Shown: positions 9,119 to 18,260, numbered from the stretch's first letter. The stretch is 64,000 nucleotides of DNA from Pseudomonadota bacterium (GCA_036158955.1 JAYYFI010000014.1:3837-67836), one strand, 5' to 3'. A program made the numbers and translations. Notes: a model not told the origin generated them from the letters alone.

Positions 9119-10408
9119 TCAGCCGGATATCGCAACCTGAATATTTTCGGTATTTCTCGAGTACACCGGAAAATCATTACATAAACCTAACACACATTGT
9201 TTAACTTCACTTATCTTACTTTCATTACATCCACTTTCTAAAATATCACAGATCCAATGGCCAACCTTTTGAGCCTCATACTCCCCGAATCCTCGGGTTG
9301 TGATTGCTGGTGTTCCAATCCTTATACCGCTAGTAACAAAAGGTGATTGCTGATCATTAGGTACTGAATTTTTATTGACCGTGATATTTGCTTTACCCAA
9401 TGATTCTTCAGCTAATTTACCGGTTATCCGTTTTTGAGATAAATCCAAAAGCATTAAATGGTTGTCCGTACCACCAGACACCACGTCATAGGATCTTTCA
9501 AGGAAAACTTCAGCCATTGACTTAGCATTTAGTAAAACTTTTTTTTGATAATGAACGAAATGTTCATCCAGAGCTTCTTTGAAAGCGATAGCTTTTGCGC
9601 CAACAACATGCATTAAAGGACCTCCTTGCGAACCCGGAAAAACAGCGGAATTAAGTTTCTTATACAATCCTTCGTTGTTTGACATAATTATTCCCGACCT
9701 AGGTCCTCTTAAGGTTTTATGGGTTGTGGTCGTAACAACATCAGCAAAATCGACTGGAGAAGGGTAAAGGCCAGCCGCTACCAACCCAGCTACATGGGCA
9801 ATATCTGCAAGCAAAAATGCACCTACTCGACTTGATATGTCTCTTAATTTATTCCAATCAATAAATCTTGAGTATGCTGAAAAACCGCCGATTATAACTT
9901 TTGGCCTGTGTTTAACGGCTAGGGAATCTAGCTCGTCGTAATCTATTAAACCTGTCTTGTGATCAACTCCATAAGTAATCGATCGATATATTTTCCCAGA
10001 AAAATTTACAGACGACCCGTGGGTTAAATGTCCTCCATCAGACAATCCCATACCCAAGATAGTGTCACCGGGCTTTAACAAAGCTAGGAACACGGCTGCA
10101 TTTGCTTGAGATCCAGAGTGAGGCTGGACGTTAACATAGCCAACCTTGAAAAGTCTTTTGGCTCTTTCTATTGCTAACTTTTCAATTTCATCGACATGTT
10201 CACAACCTCCATAATACCTTTTGCCTGGGTATCCCTCTGCATATTTATTAGTCAAGAGCGTACCACAGGCTTCCATGACTGCGGCACTTGCATAGTTCTC
10301 AGATGCGATCAGTTCAATATGTTCTTCTTGTCTAGCAACCTCTGCCGAAAGTAACTTATAAAACTCAGGATCTTGCTGCTCAATTAATGAATCAAAGTTT
10401 TTTTTCAT
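9119..10408 (-). CDS. glyA: serine hydroxymethyltransferase
   Basis: PLP-lysine site [12 protein letters not shown]. 429 aa, with SHMT-like sequence along its full length. Confidence 0.95.
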   Translation of the reverse strand: MKKNFDSLIEQQDPEFYKLLSAEVARQEEHIELIASENYASAAVMEACGTLLTNKYAEGYPGKRYYGGCEHVDEIEKLAIERAKRLFKVGYVNVQPHSGSQANAAVFLALLKPGDTILGMGLSDGGHLTHGSSVNFSGKIYRSITYGVDHKTGLIDYDELDSLAVKHRPKVIIGGFSAYSRFIDWNKLRDISSRVGAFLLADIAHVAGLVAAGLYPSPVDFADVVTTTTHKTLRGPRSGIIMSNNEGLYKKLNSAVFPGSQGGPLMHVVGAKAIAFKEALDEHFVHYQKKVLLNAKSMAEVFLERSYDVVSGGTDNHLMLLDLSQKRITGKLAEESLGKANITVNKNSVPNDQQSPFVTSGIRIGTPAITTRGFGEYEAQKVGHWICDILESGCNESKISEVKQCVLGLCNDFPVYSRNTENIQVAISG

Positions 10409-10491
10409 GATTTAGTCCGTTTTTAATAAAGATTACGCTATATGATAAATAGGAAAAATATTTACACCTATAAAAACCAATAAAGTTAATT

Positions 10492-10505
10492 GTAAACTAG
10501 TTTAC
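10492..10505. promoter_or_regulatory. 14-bp perfect palindrome GTAAACTAGTTTAC, candidate operator in the glyA / DUF815-operon divergent region
   Basis: The sequence is its own reverse complement. It lies 84 nt upstream of the glyA ATG and 120 nt upstream of the plus-strand operon ATG, in the largest non-coding gap of the window. Confidence 0.3.
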
Positions 10506-10555
10506 CACAGGTCGCACATGATAGGTTTTATTACCCATAGTCTGATAAAACTCTG

Positions 10556-10561
10556 TATAAT
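10556..10561 (+). promoter_or_regulatory. candidate -10 box (perfect TATAAT) for the DUF815-hpt-mtnP operon
   Basis: TATAAT lies 64 nt upstream of the ATG at 10625. Only a weak -35 (TTACCC, 19-nt spacer) is visible. Confidence 0.3.
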
Positions 10562-10624
10562 AAGAATCCCTGGGCCTCTAAATGCTATAAAAATCATAAT
10601 CAATTTACACCTTATTTTTAGAAC

Positions 10625-11503
10625 ATGAAAACACAAAACCTAATTGAAAAAGCAGAAAAGATTCTCGAAAAAATTGAAAAAATTTTAAACGTCTATCATT
10701 CTTATGAAGAATTAGAAGAAAGATCGACTGCGTGGATATGGAATAAATCAGGAAATAGAGGTTTTTTAGAATCAATTGATCATTCAAAAAAAGATCAACT
10801 AGCAGATCTGTGCCATATAGATAGGCAAAAAGCTTTGTTAAAACAAAACACATTACAATTTCTTTCAGGATATCCTGCAAATAATGCCCTTTTATGGGGA
10901 CCGCGTGGAACTGGTAAATCGTCTCTTATTAGGGCATTGCTAAATGAATACTCGGATAGAGGACTTAAAATGATTGAAGTCCAGCCAAAAGACCTAGCAG
11001 ATATCCCTGAAATAATGAGTAAGCTCACCAACATTGATGGGAAATTTGTAATATTTTGCGATGACCTAACATTTGAGAGCGGAGAGACTAATTATAAAAT
11101 TCTTAAAACCATTTTAGACGGCTCTCTAAGAACAACTAAGCAGTTTATTGTTTACGCCACGTCTAACAGGAGGCACATCGTTCAGGAAAATATGGAGGAG
11201 AATCAAAAAGCGCAAGTTATTAACCAGGAAATTCACCACAGTGAGGCGATCGAGGAAAAAATATCACTCTCAGAACGTTTTGGAATCTGGGTATCTTTCC
11301 ACCCTTTCTCCCAAAATGACTACATGACAATCGTGTTACATCATCTGCAGAATTTATCACAGAAAACGCTAACTCCCGAGCAAATAAATGAAGTAAAAAT
11401 CTATGCGCTACAGTGGGCTTTGGAACGAGGCTCAAGGAGCGGGCGTGTTGCAAATCAATTTGTCCTAGATTGGTTAGGAAAAAAAGGTTTACAAAATGAT
11501 TAA
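10625..11503 (+). CDS. DUF815-family AAA-type ATPase, unknown function
   Basis: Walker A GPRGTGKSS and Walker B FVIFCDDL. The region NTLQFLSGYPANNALLWGPRGTGKSSL is typical of DUF815 proteins as I remember them. The stop overlaps the hpt ATG (ATGATTAA, 11496-11503). Confidence 0.7.
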   Translation: MKTQNLIEKAEKILEKIEKILNVYHSYEELEERSTAWIWNKSGNRGFLESIDHSKKDQLADLCHIDRQKALLKQNTLQFLSGYPANNALLWGPRGTGKSSLIRALLNEYSDRGLKMIEVQPKDLADIPEIMSKLTNIDGKFVIFCDDLTFESGETNYKILKTILDGSLRTTKQFIVYATSNRRHIVQENMEENQKAQVINQEIHHSEAIEEKISLSERFGIWVSFHPFSQNDYMTIVLHHLQNLSQKTLTPEQINEVKIYALQWALERGSRSGRVANQFVLDWLGKKGLQND

Positions 11504-12071
11504 TTCTGGGCGAATACTCCCTGAAGAGCTTTTGGCTACGTCTAAGTGCTTAATAAAGCAAAATGAAGTTGAAAAACTTATGCGAGCAATGACAGAAGAA
11601 ATTGAACTCAAATTAGGTGAGTTAGATTTAATAGTTCTTACAATCATGAACGGAGGTCTTGTGCCTACTGGAATATTTATGAAATATTTTCAAGCAGTCT
11701 GTCAATTGGATTACATTCATCTCACACGATATGGTAATCAAACAGTTGGTGGGAAAATTAACTGGCATAGACGACCCCCAAATATATTACAAAATAGAAA
11801 CGTGCTATTGATCGATGATATCTTGGACCAGGGAATCACACTAGAGGCCGCAGTAAACGAGTGCTACAACCAAGGCGCTAAATCGGTTCACACCGCCGTA
11901 ATGGTAAAAAAAGAGATGCTATGTCGCTCAGGAATTCAGAAATCTGACTTTTATGCGCTCGAATTGCCGGATGAATATCTTTTTGGTTCAGGTTTGGACT
12001 ATAAAGGTTACTTTCGAAATCTTGACGGTATTTACTCACTTGTAAAAACTCAAGAGTTATGCAAACCATGA
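11496..12071 (+). CDS. hpt: hypoxanthine/guanine-type purine phosphoribosyltransferase
   Basis: PRPP-binding loop VLLIDDILDQGITL and C-terminal GSGLDYKGYFRNL. Confidence 0.75.
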   Translation: MINSGRILPEELLATSKCLIKQNEVEKLMRAMTEEIELKLGELDLIVLTIMNGGLVPTGIFMKYFQAVCQLDYIHLTRYGNQTVGGKINWHRRPPNILQNRNVLLIDDILDQGITLEAAVNECYNQGAKSVHTAVMVKKEMLCRSGIQKSDFYALELPDEYLFGSGLDYKGYFRNLDGIYSLVKTQELCKP

Positions 12072-12790
12072 TTGGCTTCATTGGAGGAAGTGGTTTTGAA
12101 AATTTTTTGGACGCAAAATCAATTGAAATAATTAATGTTACGAATGAGTGGGGAAAACCCTCACAAGCAATTAAAAAAATATCTCTAGGCGATAAAGAAT
12201 TTTTGTTTCTGCAACGACACGGCGATGGGAAAATTCTTCCTCACAAAATAAACTATCAAGCAAATATCAAAGCACTTTACGATCTAGGTGTGAGGAAAAT
12301 TTTAGCAAGCGCAGCTGTAGGCGGGATAACCATAAAAACTGGAAAAATCGTTATTCCTGATCAACTAATTGACTATACATATAATAGACCACAAACTTTT
12401 TTTGAACATAGTGATACTGTAAAACATGTCGAATTCTCACAGCCATATAATCATAAACTCAGGAGCCAGTTAGCAAAAGCCTGCAAAGATTTAGAAGTTA
12501 AGTTCATAAATGAAGGGGTCCATGGGATAACTCAAGGACCACGCCTTGAGACAAGCGCTGAAATTAAAAGATTGAAACACGATGGATGCGACATAGTTGG
12601 GATGACAGGAATGCCCGAGGCTTCTCTCGCTGCAGAGCTAAATATTAGATATGCTTGCCTCGCTCACGTTGTAAATCCTGCAGCCGGAGTTGCAGGAAAG
12701 TCAATTTCATTGGATGATATGAAAAATGAGATAAAAAGAGGGGCGCAGAATTTTCTTAAAATACTAACCCAATTTCTTTCGAATGATTAG
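12059..12790 (+). CDS. mtnP: S-methyl-5'-thioadenosine (or -thioinosine) phosphorylase, MTAP/PNP family
   Basis: IGFIGGSG N-terminus plus LQRHG, ITQGPRLETSAE and GCDIVGMTGMPE. There are two in-frame ATGs (12059, 12068); the second forms ATGA with the hpt stop. Confidence 0.8.
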   Translation: MQTMIGFIGGSGFENFLDAKSIEIINVTNEWGKPSQAIKKISLGDKEFLFLQRHGDGKILPHKINYQANIKALYDLGVRKILASAAVGGITIKTGKIVIPDQLIDYTYNRPQTFFEHSDTVKHVEFSQPYNHKLRSQLAKACKDLEVKFINEGVHGITQGPRLETSAEIKRLKHDGCDIVGMTGMPEASLAAELNIRYACLAHVVNPAAGVAGKSISLDDMKNEIKRGAQNFLKILTQFLSND

Positions 12791-13426
12791 TTAATCAATT
12801 GGTGAAACTAAAGTTATAATTCCGAACAATGGATGGTCAAAGTAATTAAGTTCATTTAATTTAATTCGTCTTTTTTCTCTAAGCTGCACGATACCAAACT
12901 CCTCATGATCATATATAAACTCAAGCTCCAAAAACATTAATCGATCAATTTCTAATTTAACAGTCCCTTGAAGATTTCTTATATTTAAAATATTTGCGTT
13001 GTTTTCAAAAAATCTTTTATCCAACTCGATCTGACCCAAATATCTAGGCTTACTCGCAATATAAATTTCCTGAGAATAGTTTCTTGGATGATTCCATGCA
13101 ATTGAAATAAGTTGGGAGAATAACTCTAAATTGTTGAATTTTTCACCTAAGTCCAAACGTTTGGTATTTTCCGGTAGCGTTTTAAAGAGTGGATACCTTG
13201 ATCCTAATTGTTCTTCATTAATACTTAAAATACCGACAACTTCGTCTAGTACTTTGGTCTTTCTAAAATCAGGTAAGGAAACAGGTTTCTGATATCTTTC
13301 CATGTGGATTAAAGAAGGCTTATTATTCTCAAATATTTCTAATTCAATTTGATATACTCGAGCGTAACTTGCTAACGAGAAGAATAATAGAAATATTAAA
13401 ATGAATAATGACTCAACTTTTTCCAT
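12791..13426 (-). CDS. secreted protein, possibly CsiV-family (DUF2803-like)
   Basis: ATG at 13426 gives a signal peptide MEKVESLFILIFLLFFSLASYA. The mature N-terminus RVYQIELEIFEN and the position directly downstream of mfd resemble CsiV-family proteins (from memory). The track start at 13489 would overlap mfd by 77 nt. Confidence 0.45.
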   Translation of the reverse strand: MEKVESLFILIFLLFFSLASYARVYQIELEIFENNKPSLIHMERYQKPVSLPDFRKTKVLDEVVGILSINEEQLGSRYPLFKTLPENTKRLDLGEKFNNLELFSQLISIAWNHPRNYSQEIYIASKPRYLGQIELDKRFFENNANILNIRNLQGTVKLEIDRLMFLELEFIYDHEEFGIVQLREKRRIKLNELNYFDHPLFGIITLVSPID

Positions 13427-16400
13427 TGGTCGTCCGAAGTTTATCATATAAAAAATTAAGCTCATCAAATATTTTTTGTGAACTATCAAGATTCTTATTT
13501 ACACGTAATGTTTGAGAATCTTTTAAGCTATAAATCGTATTTTCTTCTATTAACTCCATCATATCATTAAATGAGACTAGGTTATCCTCATCGAACTGGA
13601 TCCAGCCACTTTTGTTATTAATTTCTACCTTTTTGACACCTAAGCTTGTGAGTCTGTTCTTTATTTTAGTCAAATCGATTAAATTTTGCACTGGCTGAGG
13701 ATGGTTTCCAAATCTATCTATAATCTCCTCTTCAATTAATTCTATTTCATTATCATTAAGTGTAGCCGCCAATCGTTTATAAAGAGACAATCGCTCGTGA
13801 ACATCGGGTAAGTATTTTTCAGGTATTAAAGCTGTAATTTTTAGATTCATTTCAATTTCTTTTTTATCAAAATTATCATTTAAGCAATCGGCAGACTTGA
13901 GTGTATTGATCGTTTTCAGCAAGAGATCATTAAACATGGCAAACCCCATTTGATGGACTTCACCACTTTGATCCTCACCTAGAACTTCGCCTGCACCTCG
14001 AATCTCTAGATCATTACTCGCCAACAAAAATCCCATTCCCAATTCGGTCAAAGCCTCGATTGCTTCAACCCGTTTTAAGGACTCTGCTGACAATTGTTTA
14101 CGATTAGGAATAAACATATAAGCATATGCTGACCGATTGGAACGGCCCACTCGCCCTCTTAATTGATAAAGTTGCGCTAAACCTAACTTGTCTGCTCTAT
14201 TAATGATAATAGTATTCGTTCGAGGATTATCAATTCCGGATTCAACGATGGTAGTAGATAGAAGAACATCTACGTCACCATCGAAGAATTCCTTCATTAC
14301 ACTGCTAATATTATTTTTGTCGAGTTGACCATGAACTATTTTAATAGATATAGCAGGTAATATTCTCTTAATTTTTTCTTCGATTTGATGTATTGTTTTT
14401 ACCTCATTGTGAATAAAATACACTTGACCGCCACGTGCAACTTCTCTAGTTACAGCCTCTTTAATTGTCTCATCAGACCATTCTAAAACGGTGGTATTAA
14501 TTGGAACCCTATTATCAGGTGGAGTTGCCATCACAGATAGATCCTTCATTCCCGATAGAGACATATGAAGCGTACGAGGAATCGGAGTAGCGGTCATTGA
14601 TAGTATATTAACGTCACCACGCAATTTTCTTATTTTTTCTTTTTGCATTACACCGAATCTATGTTCTTCATCAATAATCAAAAGACCTAATCTTTTAAAT
14701 CTAATTGATTCAGCGAGTAATTTATGGGTTCCAATCACGATGTCCACCACACCGCTTTTGATATCGGAAACAATAGCTGAAATTTGTTTCTTTTCAACAG
14801 AGCGAGAAAGCGCGGATACTTTAATCGGTGTATCAGAAAAACGATCGACTAGTGTTTCAAAATGTTGTTGGACGAGAATCGTGGTCGGCGCAAGAAAGGC
14901 GACTTGATCACCAGAATTTGCTACTGCAAATGCCGCTCGCATAGCAACCTCGGTTTTTCCAAAGCCAACATCTCCGCATAAGAGTCTGTCCATTGGCTGT
15001 GTTGACTCCAGATCATTTAGCACTTGATCGATCGCTTGTCTTTGGTCCGGTGTCTCATCAAAATGAAAACGCTGACAGAACGTCGTATATGCATCGTCTC
15101 TAGCAAAATACCTTTTGCATTTATTTTCTGCTCTTCTCGCAAGAATTTCTAATATCTCTGTAGCGGCATCATTTGCTTTTTGTTTTGCTCTTTTTCTAAC
15201 CTTATCCCATTGACCAGAACCTAACTTATGAAGGGGCGCATTGTCTGGAGCCGCGCCAGTATACCTTTCGATAAGACTCATATTTCTTACGGGGATATAA
15301 AGCTTATCATCATCTGCATATCTAATTTCTAAATATTCATTATCAATTCCGTCGGTTGTCAGAATTGTTAATCCCGCAAACCGACCAACACCATAATGCC
15401 TATGCACCACTGGAGAATTTATCTCCCATGAAGTTAATTTATTAACAACTTCCTCAAACGTTTTAGTTGAACTTGGGCCAGGTGACCTTTTTATTTTAGA
15501 ACTCTCGCTTTTTGTTCTTCCTTTTAAAACATGAACAACGAATTGGTGATCTATTGAATAGAATCCATTACTAAGAGAACCAAATATAAAGTATATCTGC
15601 TCATCTGCATTGGTGAAATCGGTCCATTTTTGTAGTTGAATAGTATTTCGATCTAATTTTTTTAAACCAGCTAACCCAACATCTCTTTTATTTTCCGGAA
15701 TGACTATGAGTACCTTACCAAATTCCTTAACTGACGAATTAACTAAAACTGGAAGCGTCTTATCAAGCTCGGCGCTTATTGGCAGAGATAAATTGTGCCT
15801 ATAAACGCTGGATGTTGCATTATTACTGGGGGCATCCTTGCTAGAAGGAAAAATAAACCTACAGTTATTTCGCTTGCTAAGTCCTTTTATTTCCTCAAAG
15901 CTAGCATACAGACAACTAGGTTCCAGTATTGGTCTTTCTCCTAATTTATTTAAAAAGTGATAACGCTCTTGCACCATTAAAAAAAAAGAACTTTCGATAT
16001 CAGATAAACTACTATCAAATAAATAGGTTGTATTATCAGGAAGATAATCACATATTAAATCAGTTCGTTCAAAAAAAAGCGGCAAGTAGCATTCTACTCC
16101 AGACGGCCGAATCAAATTTTGCACCTGTTCAAAGAGACTACAATCACTCCAATTATCTTCAAACAAAAGTCTAAAATTTTTTTGAAATCTTTTTATTTGG
16201 ACAGCACTAAATCTAATTTCGGTAGCCGGATCAATTGAAACTCTATCCAAGGTTCCAGTTGACCTTTGATTAGAGGGATCAAAGGTACGTATACTCTCGA
16301 TGTTGTCTCCAAAATAATCTAATCTAACTGGCTCGGTTGAACTAAACGGAAAGATATCCACAATACTCCCTCTAACTACAAAGTCACCTATTTCCTTAAC

Positions 16401-16853
16401 TTGGCGTTGCCTACAATATCCAAGATTGCTTAGATTAAGCGTAAGCTCGTTCAGTAAAAGATTGTCATTACGAATTATTTCAAACGAGTGTCCAACGACT
16501 TCTTCTTTTGGTGGCAGCCTACTAAAAAAAGTATCCTGATCTAATACGATTATTTGTTTTTTTTGTGCCGAAATTTTATTAAAGACATGAATCCTTTGCG
16601 CAATTACTCGATGAGATGGACTTTGACGATCATATGGAAGTGTACCTAGCGAGGGAATCTCTAGAATTTCGACATTGTCACAAAAAAACTCAAAATTTTT
16701 AACAAATCTTTCAATATTTTTTTTTGGCACAACGACTGCCAAGGGGTTCTTCCAATGATTAACGGTTGAAGCAATAACACACTCCCAGGCGCCCGGAATT
16801 TTATGGCAGTCAGTCTCTAGTGTTGGTGATTTAAAAGACAGGGTTTTTATCAA
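13413..16853 (-). CDS. mfd: transcription-repair coupling factor
   Basis: 1146 aa with helicase motifs GDVGFGKTEVA, DEEHRFG and TATPIPRT, plus a C-terminal TRCF region. Confidence 0.95.
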   Translation of the reverse strand: MIKTLSFKSPTLETDCHKIPGAWECVIASTVNHWKNPLAVVVPKKNIERFVKNFEFFCDNVEILEIPSLGTLPYDRQSPSHRVIAQRIHVFNKISAQKKQIIVLDQDTFFSRLPPKEEVVGHSFEIIRNDNLLLNELTLNLSNLGYCRQRQVKEIGDFVVRGSIVDIFPFSSTEPVRLDYFGDNIESIRTFDPSNQRSTGTLDRVSIDPATEIRFSAVQIKRFQKNFRLLFEDNWSDCSLFEQVQNLIRPSGVECYLPLFFERTDLICDYLPDNTTYLFDSSLSDIESSFFLMVQERYHFLNKLGERPILEPSCLYASFEEIKGLSKRNNCRFIFPSSKDAPSNNATSSVYRHNLSLPISAELDKTLPVLVNSSVKEFGKVLIVIPENKRDVGLAGLKKLDRNTIQLQKWTDFTNADEQIYFIFGSLSNGFYSIDHQFVVHVLKGRTKSESSKIKRSPGPSSTKTFEEVVNKLTSWEINSPVVHRHYGVGRFAGLTILTTDGIDNEYLEIRYADDDKLYIPVRNMSLIERYTGAAPDNAPLHKLGSGQWDKVRKRAKQKANDAATEILEILARRAENKCKRYFARDDAYTTFCQRFHFDETPDQRQAIDQVLNDLESTQPMDRLLCGDVGFGKTEVAMRAAFAVANSGDQVAFLAPTTILVQQHFETLVDRFSDTPIKVSALSRSVEKKQISAIVSDIKSGVVDIVIGTHKLLAESIRFKRLGLLIIDEEHRFGVMQKEKIRKLRGDVNILSMTATPIPRTLHMSLSGMKDLSVMATPPDNRVPINTTVLEWSDETIKEAVTREVARGGQVYFIHNEVKTIHQIEEKIKRILPAISIKIVHGQLDKNNISSVMKEFFDGDVDVLLSTTIVESGIDNPRTNTIIINRADKLGLAQLYQLRGRVGRSNRSAYAYMFIPNRKQLSAESLKRVEAIEALTELGMGFLLASNDLEIRGAGEVLGEDQSGEVHQMGFAMFNDLLLKTINTLKSADCLNDNFDKKEIEMNLKITALIPEKYLPDVHERLSLYKRLAATLNDNEIELIEEEIIDRFGNHPQPVQNLIDLTKIKNRLTSLGVKKVEINNKSGWIQFDEDNLVSFNDMMELIEENTIYSLKDSQTLRVNKNLDSSQKIFDELNFLYDKLRTTNGKS

Positions 16854-16888
16854 TGTTTTTTCTATTTAAAAAATTTAGTTATTTCCAA

Positions 16889-17605
16889 TTACAAATTTAG
16901 GCTTATTTGTTTAAGCTTTTTAAGAGGGTCTTTATCACTCGTTATAGACCTACCAATGACAATATAGTCAGAGCCGAGCAATATCGCTTTTTCTGGAGTC
17001 ACCACTCTACTTTGGTCATGCATGGCATCACCCAATACCCTTATTCCAGGGGTTACATAAATGAACTTGCTGCCCACAGATTTTTTTATTTTTCCTATCT
17101 CAAGTGCCGAACAAACTACACCGTCTATACCCGAGTCGTAAGAAAGCTTTGCTAATAGTTCAACTTGATTGTCGAGCGTTTTATTCAAACCGATCCTACT
17201 TATTTCTTGACCATCGAAACTCGTTAAAACGGTAACAGAAACTAATAATGGGGGAGCTTTTAATCTTGCAAATGAGTTAGCAACCGCTTCCATCATTATT
17301 CTGCCACCAAAAGCATGAATATTAACCATCCAACAACCCATGTCCGCGGCTGCTTCACATGCCTTTACTGTGGTATTTGGTATGTCGTGAAATTTTAAAT
17401 CAAGAAACACATCGAAGCCCCTGTCAATCATGCTGGTTACAATTCTAGGACCTTCTCGCACAAAAAGTTGCTTACCGATTTTCAGCTTACATAACTTAGG
17501 ATCAAGTCTCTCAATAAAATTTAATGTTTCAGACTCCGAGTCAAAATCAAGAGCCAATATGATTTTTTGTGCTTTGGAATTTTTTATTATCATGCGATCC
17601 TGCAA
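16889..17605 (-). CDS. pyrF: orotidine-5'-phosphate decarboxylase
   Basis: ILALDF and DLKFHDIPNT motifs. 238 aa (alternative ATG at 17593). Confidence 0.9.
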   Translation of the reverse strand: MQDRMIIKNSKAQKIILALDFDSESETLNFIERLDPKLCKLKIGKQLFVREGPRIVTSMIDRGFDVFLDLKFHDIPNTTVKACEAAADMGCWMVNIHAFGGRIMMEAVANSFARLKAPPLLVSVTVLTSFDGQEISRIGLNKTLDNQVELLAKLSYDSGIDGVVCSALEIGKIKKSVGSKFIYVTPGIRVLGDAMHDQSRVVTPEKAILLGSDYIVIGRSITSDKDPLKKLKQISLNL

Positions 17606-17885
17606 AGGTTTTTCGAAAATCTTTAATTTTTTCTAATTCTTGAGCTTGGTTTTTTTTATTTTTATGAAATGAACCATAAACTAAACTCACTAGTCTGTTA
17701 AGATTTGCCAAAAAATAACCCACAATTAAACTTATCAAAATAATTGAGGTAACGTTGGTTTCAATTTGAGTTAAGACAAAGTTTATCTTTAAAGTTTGAG
17801 AATTCGATAAATGAAAGTACAAAATAAAGGTCAGTATAAAAGCGAAAATTGTAAAGCCAATTATTTTAAGCAGGGCTCGAAGCAT
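17547..17885 (-). CDS. lapA: LapA (YciS)-like inner-membrane protein
   Basis: Two TM helices flank INFVLTQIETNVTSIIL, arranged as in E. coli LapA. Conserved position after ihfB. The basic C-terminal tail overlaps pyrF by 59 nt. Confidence 0.6.
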   Translation of the reverse strand: MLRALLKIIGFTIFAFILTFILYFHLSNSQTLKINFVLTQIETNVTSIILISLIVGYFLANLNRLVSLVYGSFHKNKKNQAQELEKIKDFRKTFAGSHDNKKFQSTKNHIGS

Positions 17886-17896
17886 ATCGATTACTC

Positions 17897-17927
17897 AATT
17901 AAAAGGACAAATTAATGAATTGTTCCT
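17897..17927 (-). terminator. candidate intrinsic terminator after ihfB
   Basis: Minus-strand AGGA(A)CAA / TTGTCCT stem (7 bp, one bulge) with a 9-nt loop, followed by TTTAATT. Starts 25 nt after the ihfB stop. Weak stem. Confidence 0.35.
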
Positions 17928-17951
17928 AAAATACTTAACAAATTACACAAT

Positions 17952-18260
17952 TTAATTGTTAGCAATATCTAACTTGTTTGTTTGATTATTTACTCGCTCT
18001 CTCAATTGCTTGCCTGGTTTAAAATGGGGAACATGCTTTTCAGAAAGAGTAACTGGTTCTCCTGATTTAGGGTTTCTACCTATTCTGGGAGGACGGTAAT
18101 GCAGACAAAAACTACCGAAGCCACGGATTTCTATTCTCTCACCGTCAGCAAGCGACTGACTCATTAGGTCTAGAATAGTTTTTACGGCTAGTTCTACATC
18201 TTCAAGTTTAAGATGGGGTTGTTCTTGTAACAAGATCTCTATGAGTTTGGATTTAGTCAT
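17952..18260 (-). CDS. ihfB: integration host factor subunit beta
   Basis: HU/IHF fold motifs GFGSF and [10 protein letters not shown]. Follows rpsA. Confidence 0.9.
   Translation of the reverse strand: MTKSKLIEILLQEQPHLKLEDVELAVKTILDLMSQSLADGERIEIRGFGSFCLHYRPPRIGRNPKSGEPVTLSEKHVPHFKPGKQLRERVNNQTNKLDIANN

Noticed and set aside
10605-10880. 91-aa minus-strand ORF overlapping the start of the DUF815 gene
   Set aside because: It is antisense to the better-supported plus-strand ATPase gene, has hydrophobic low-complexity translation, and would leave glyA-proximal DNA without a partner promoter.
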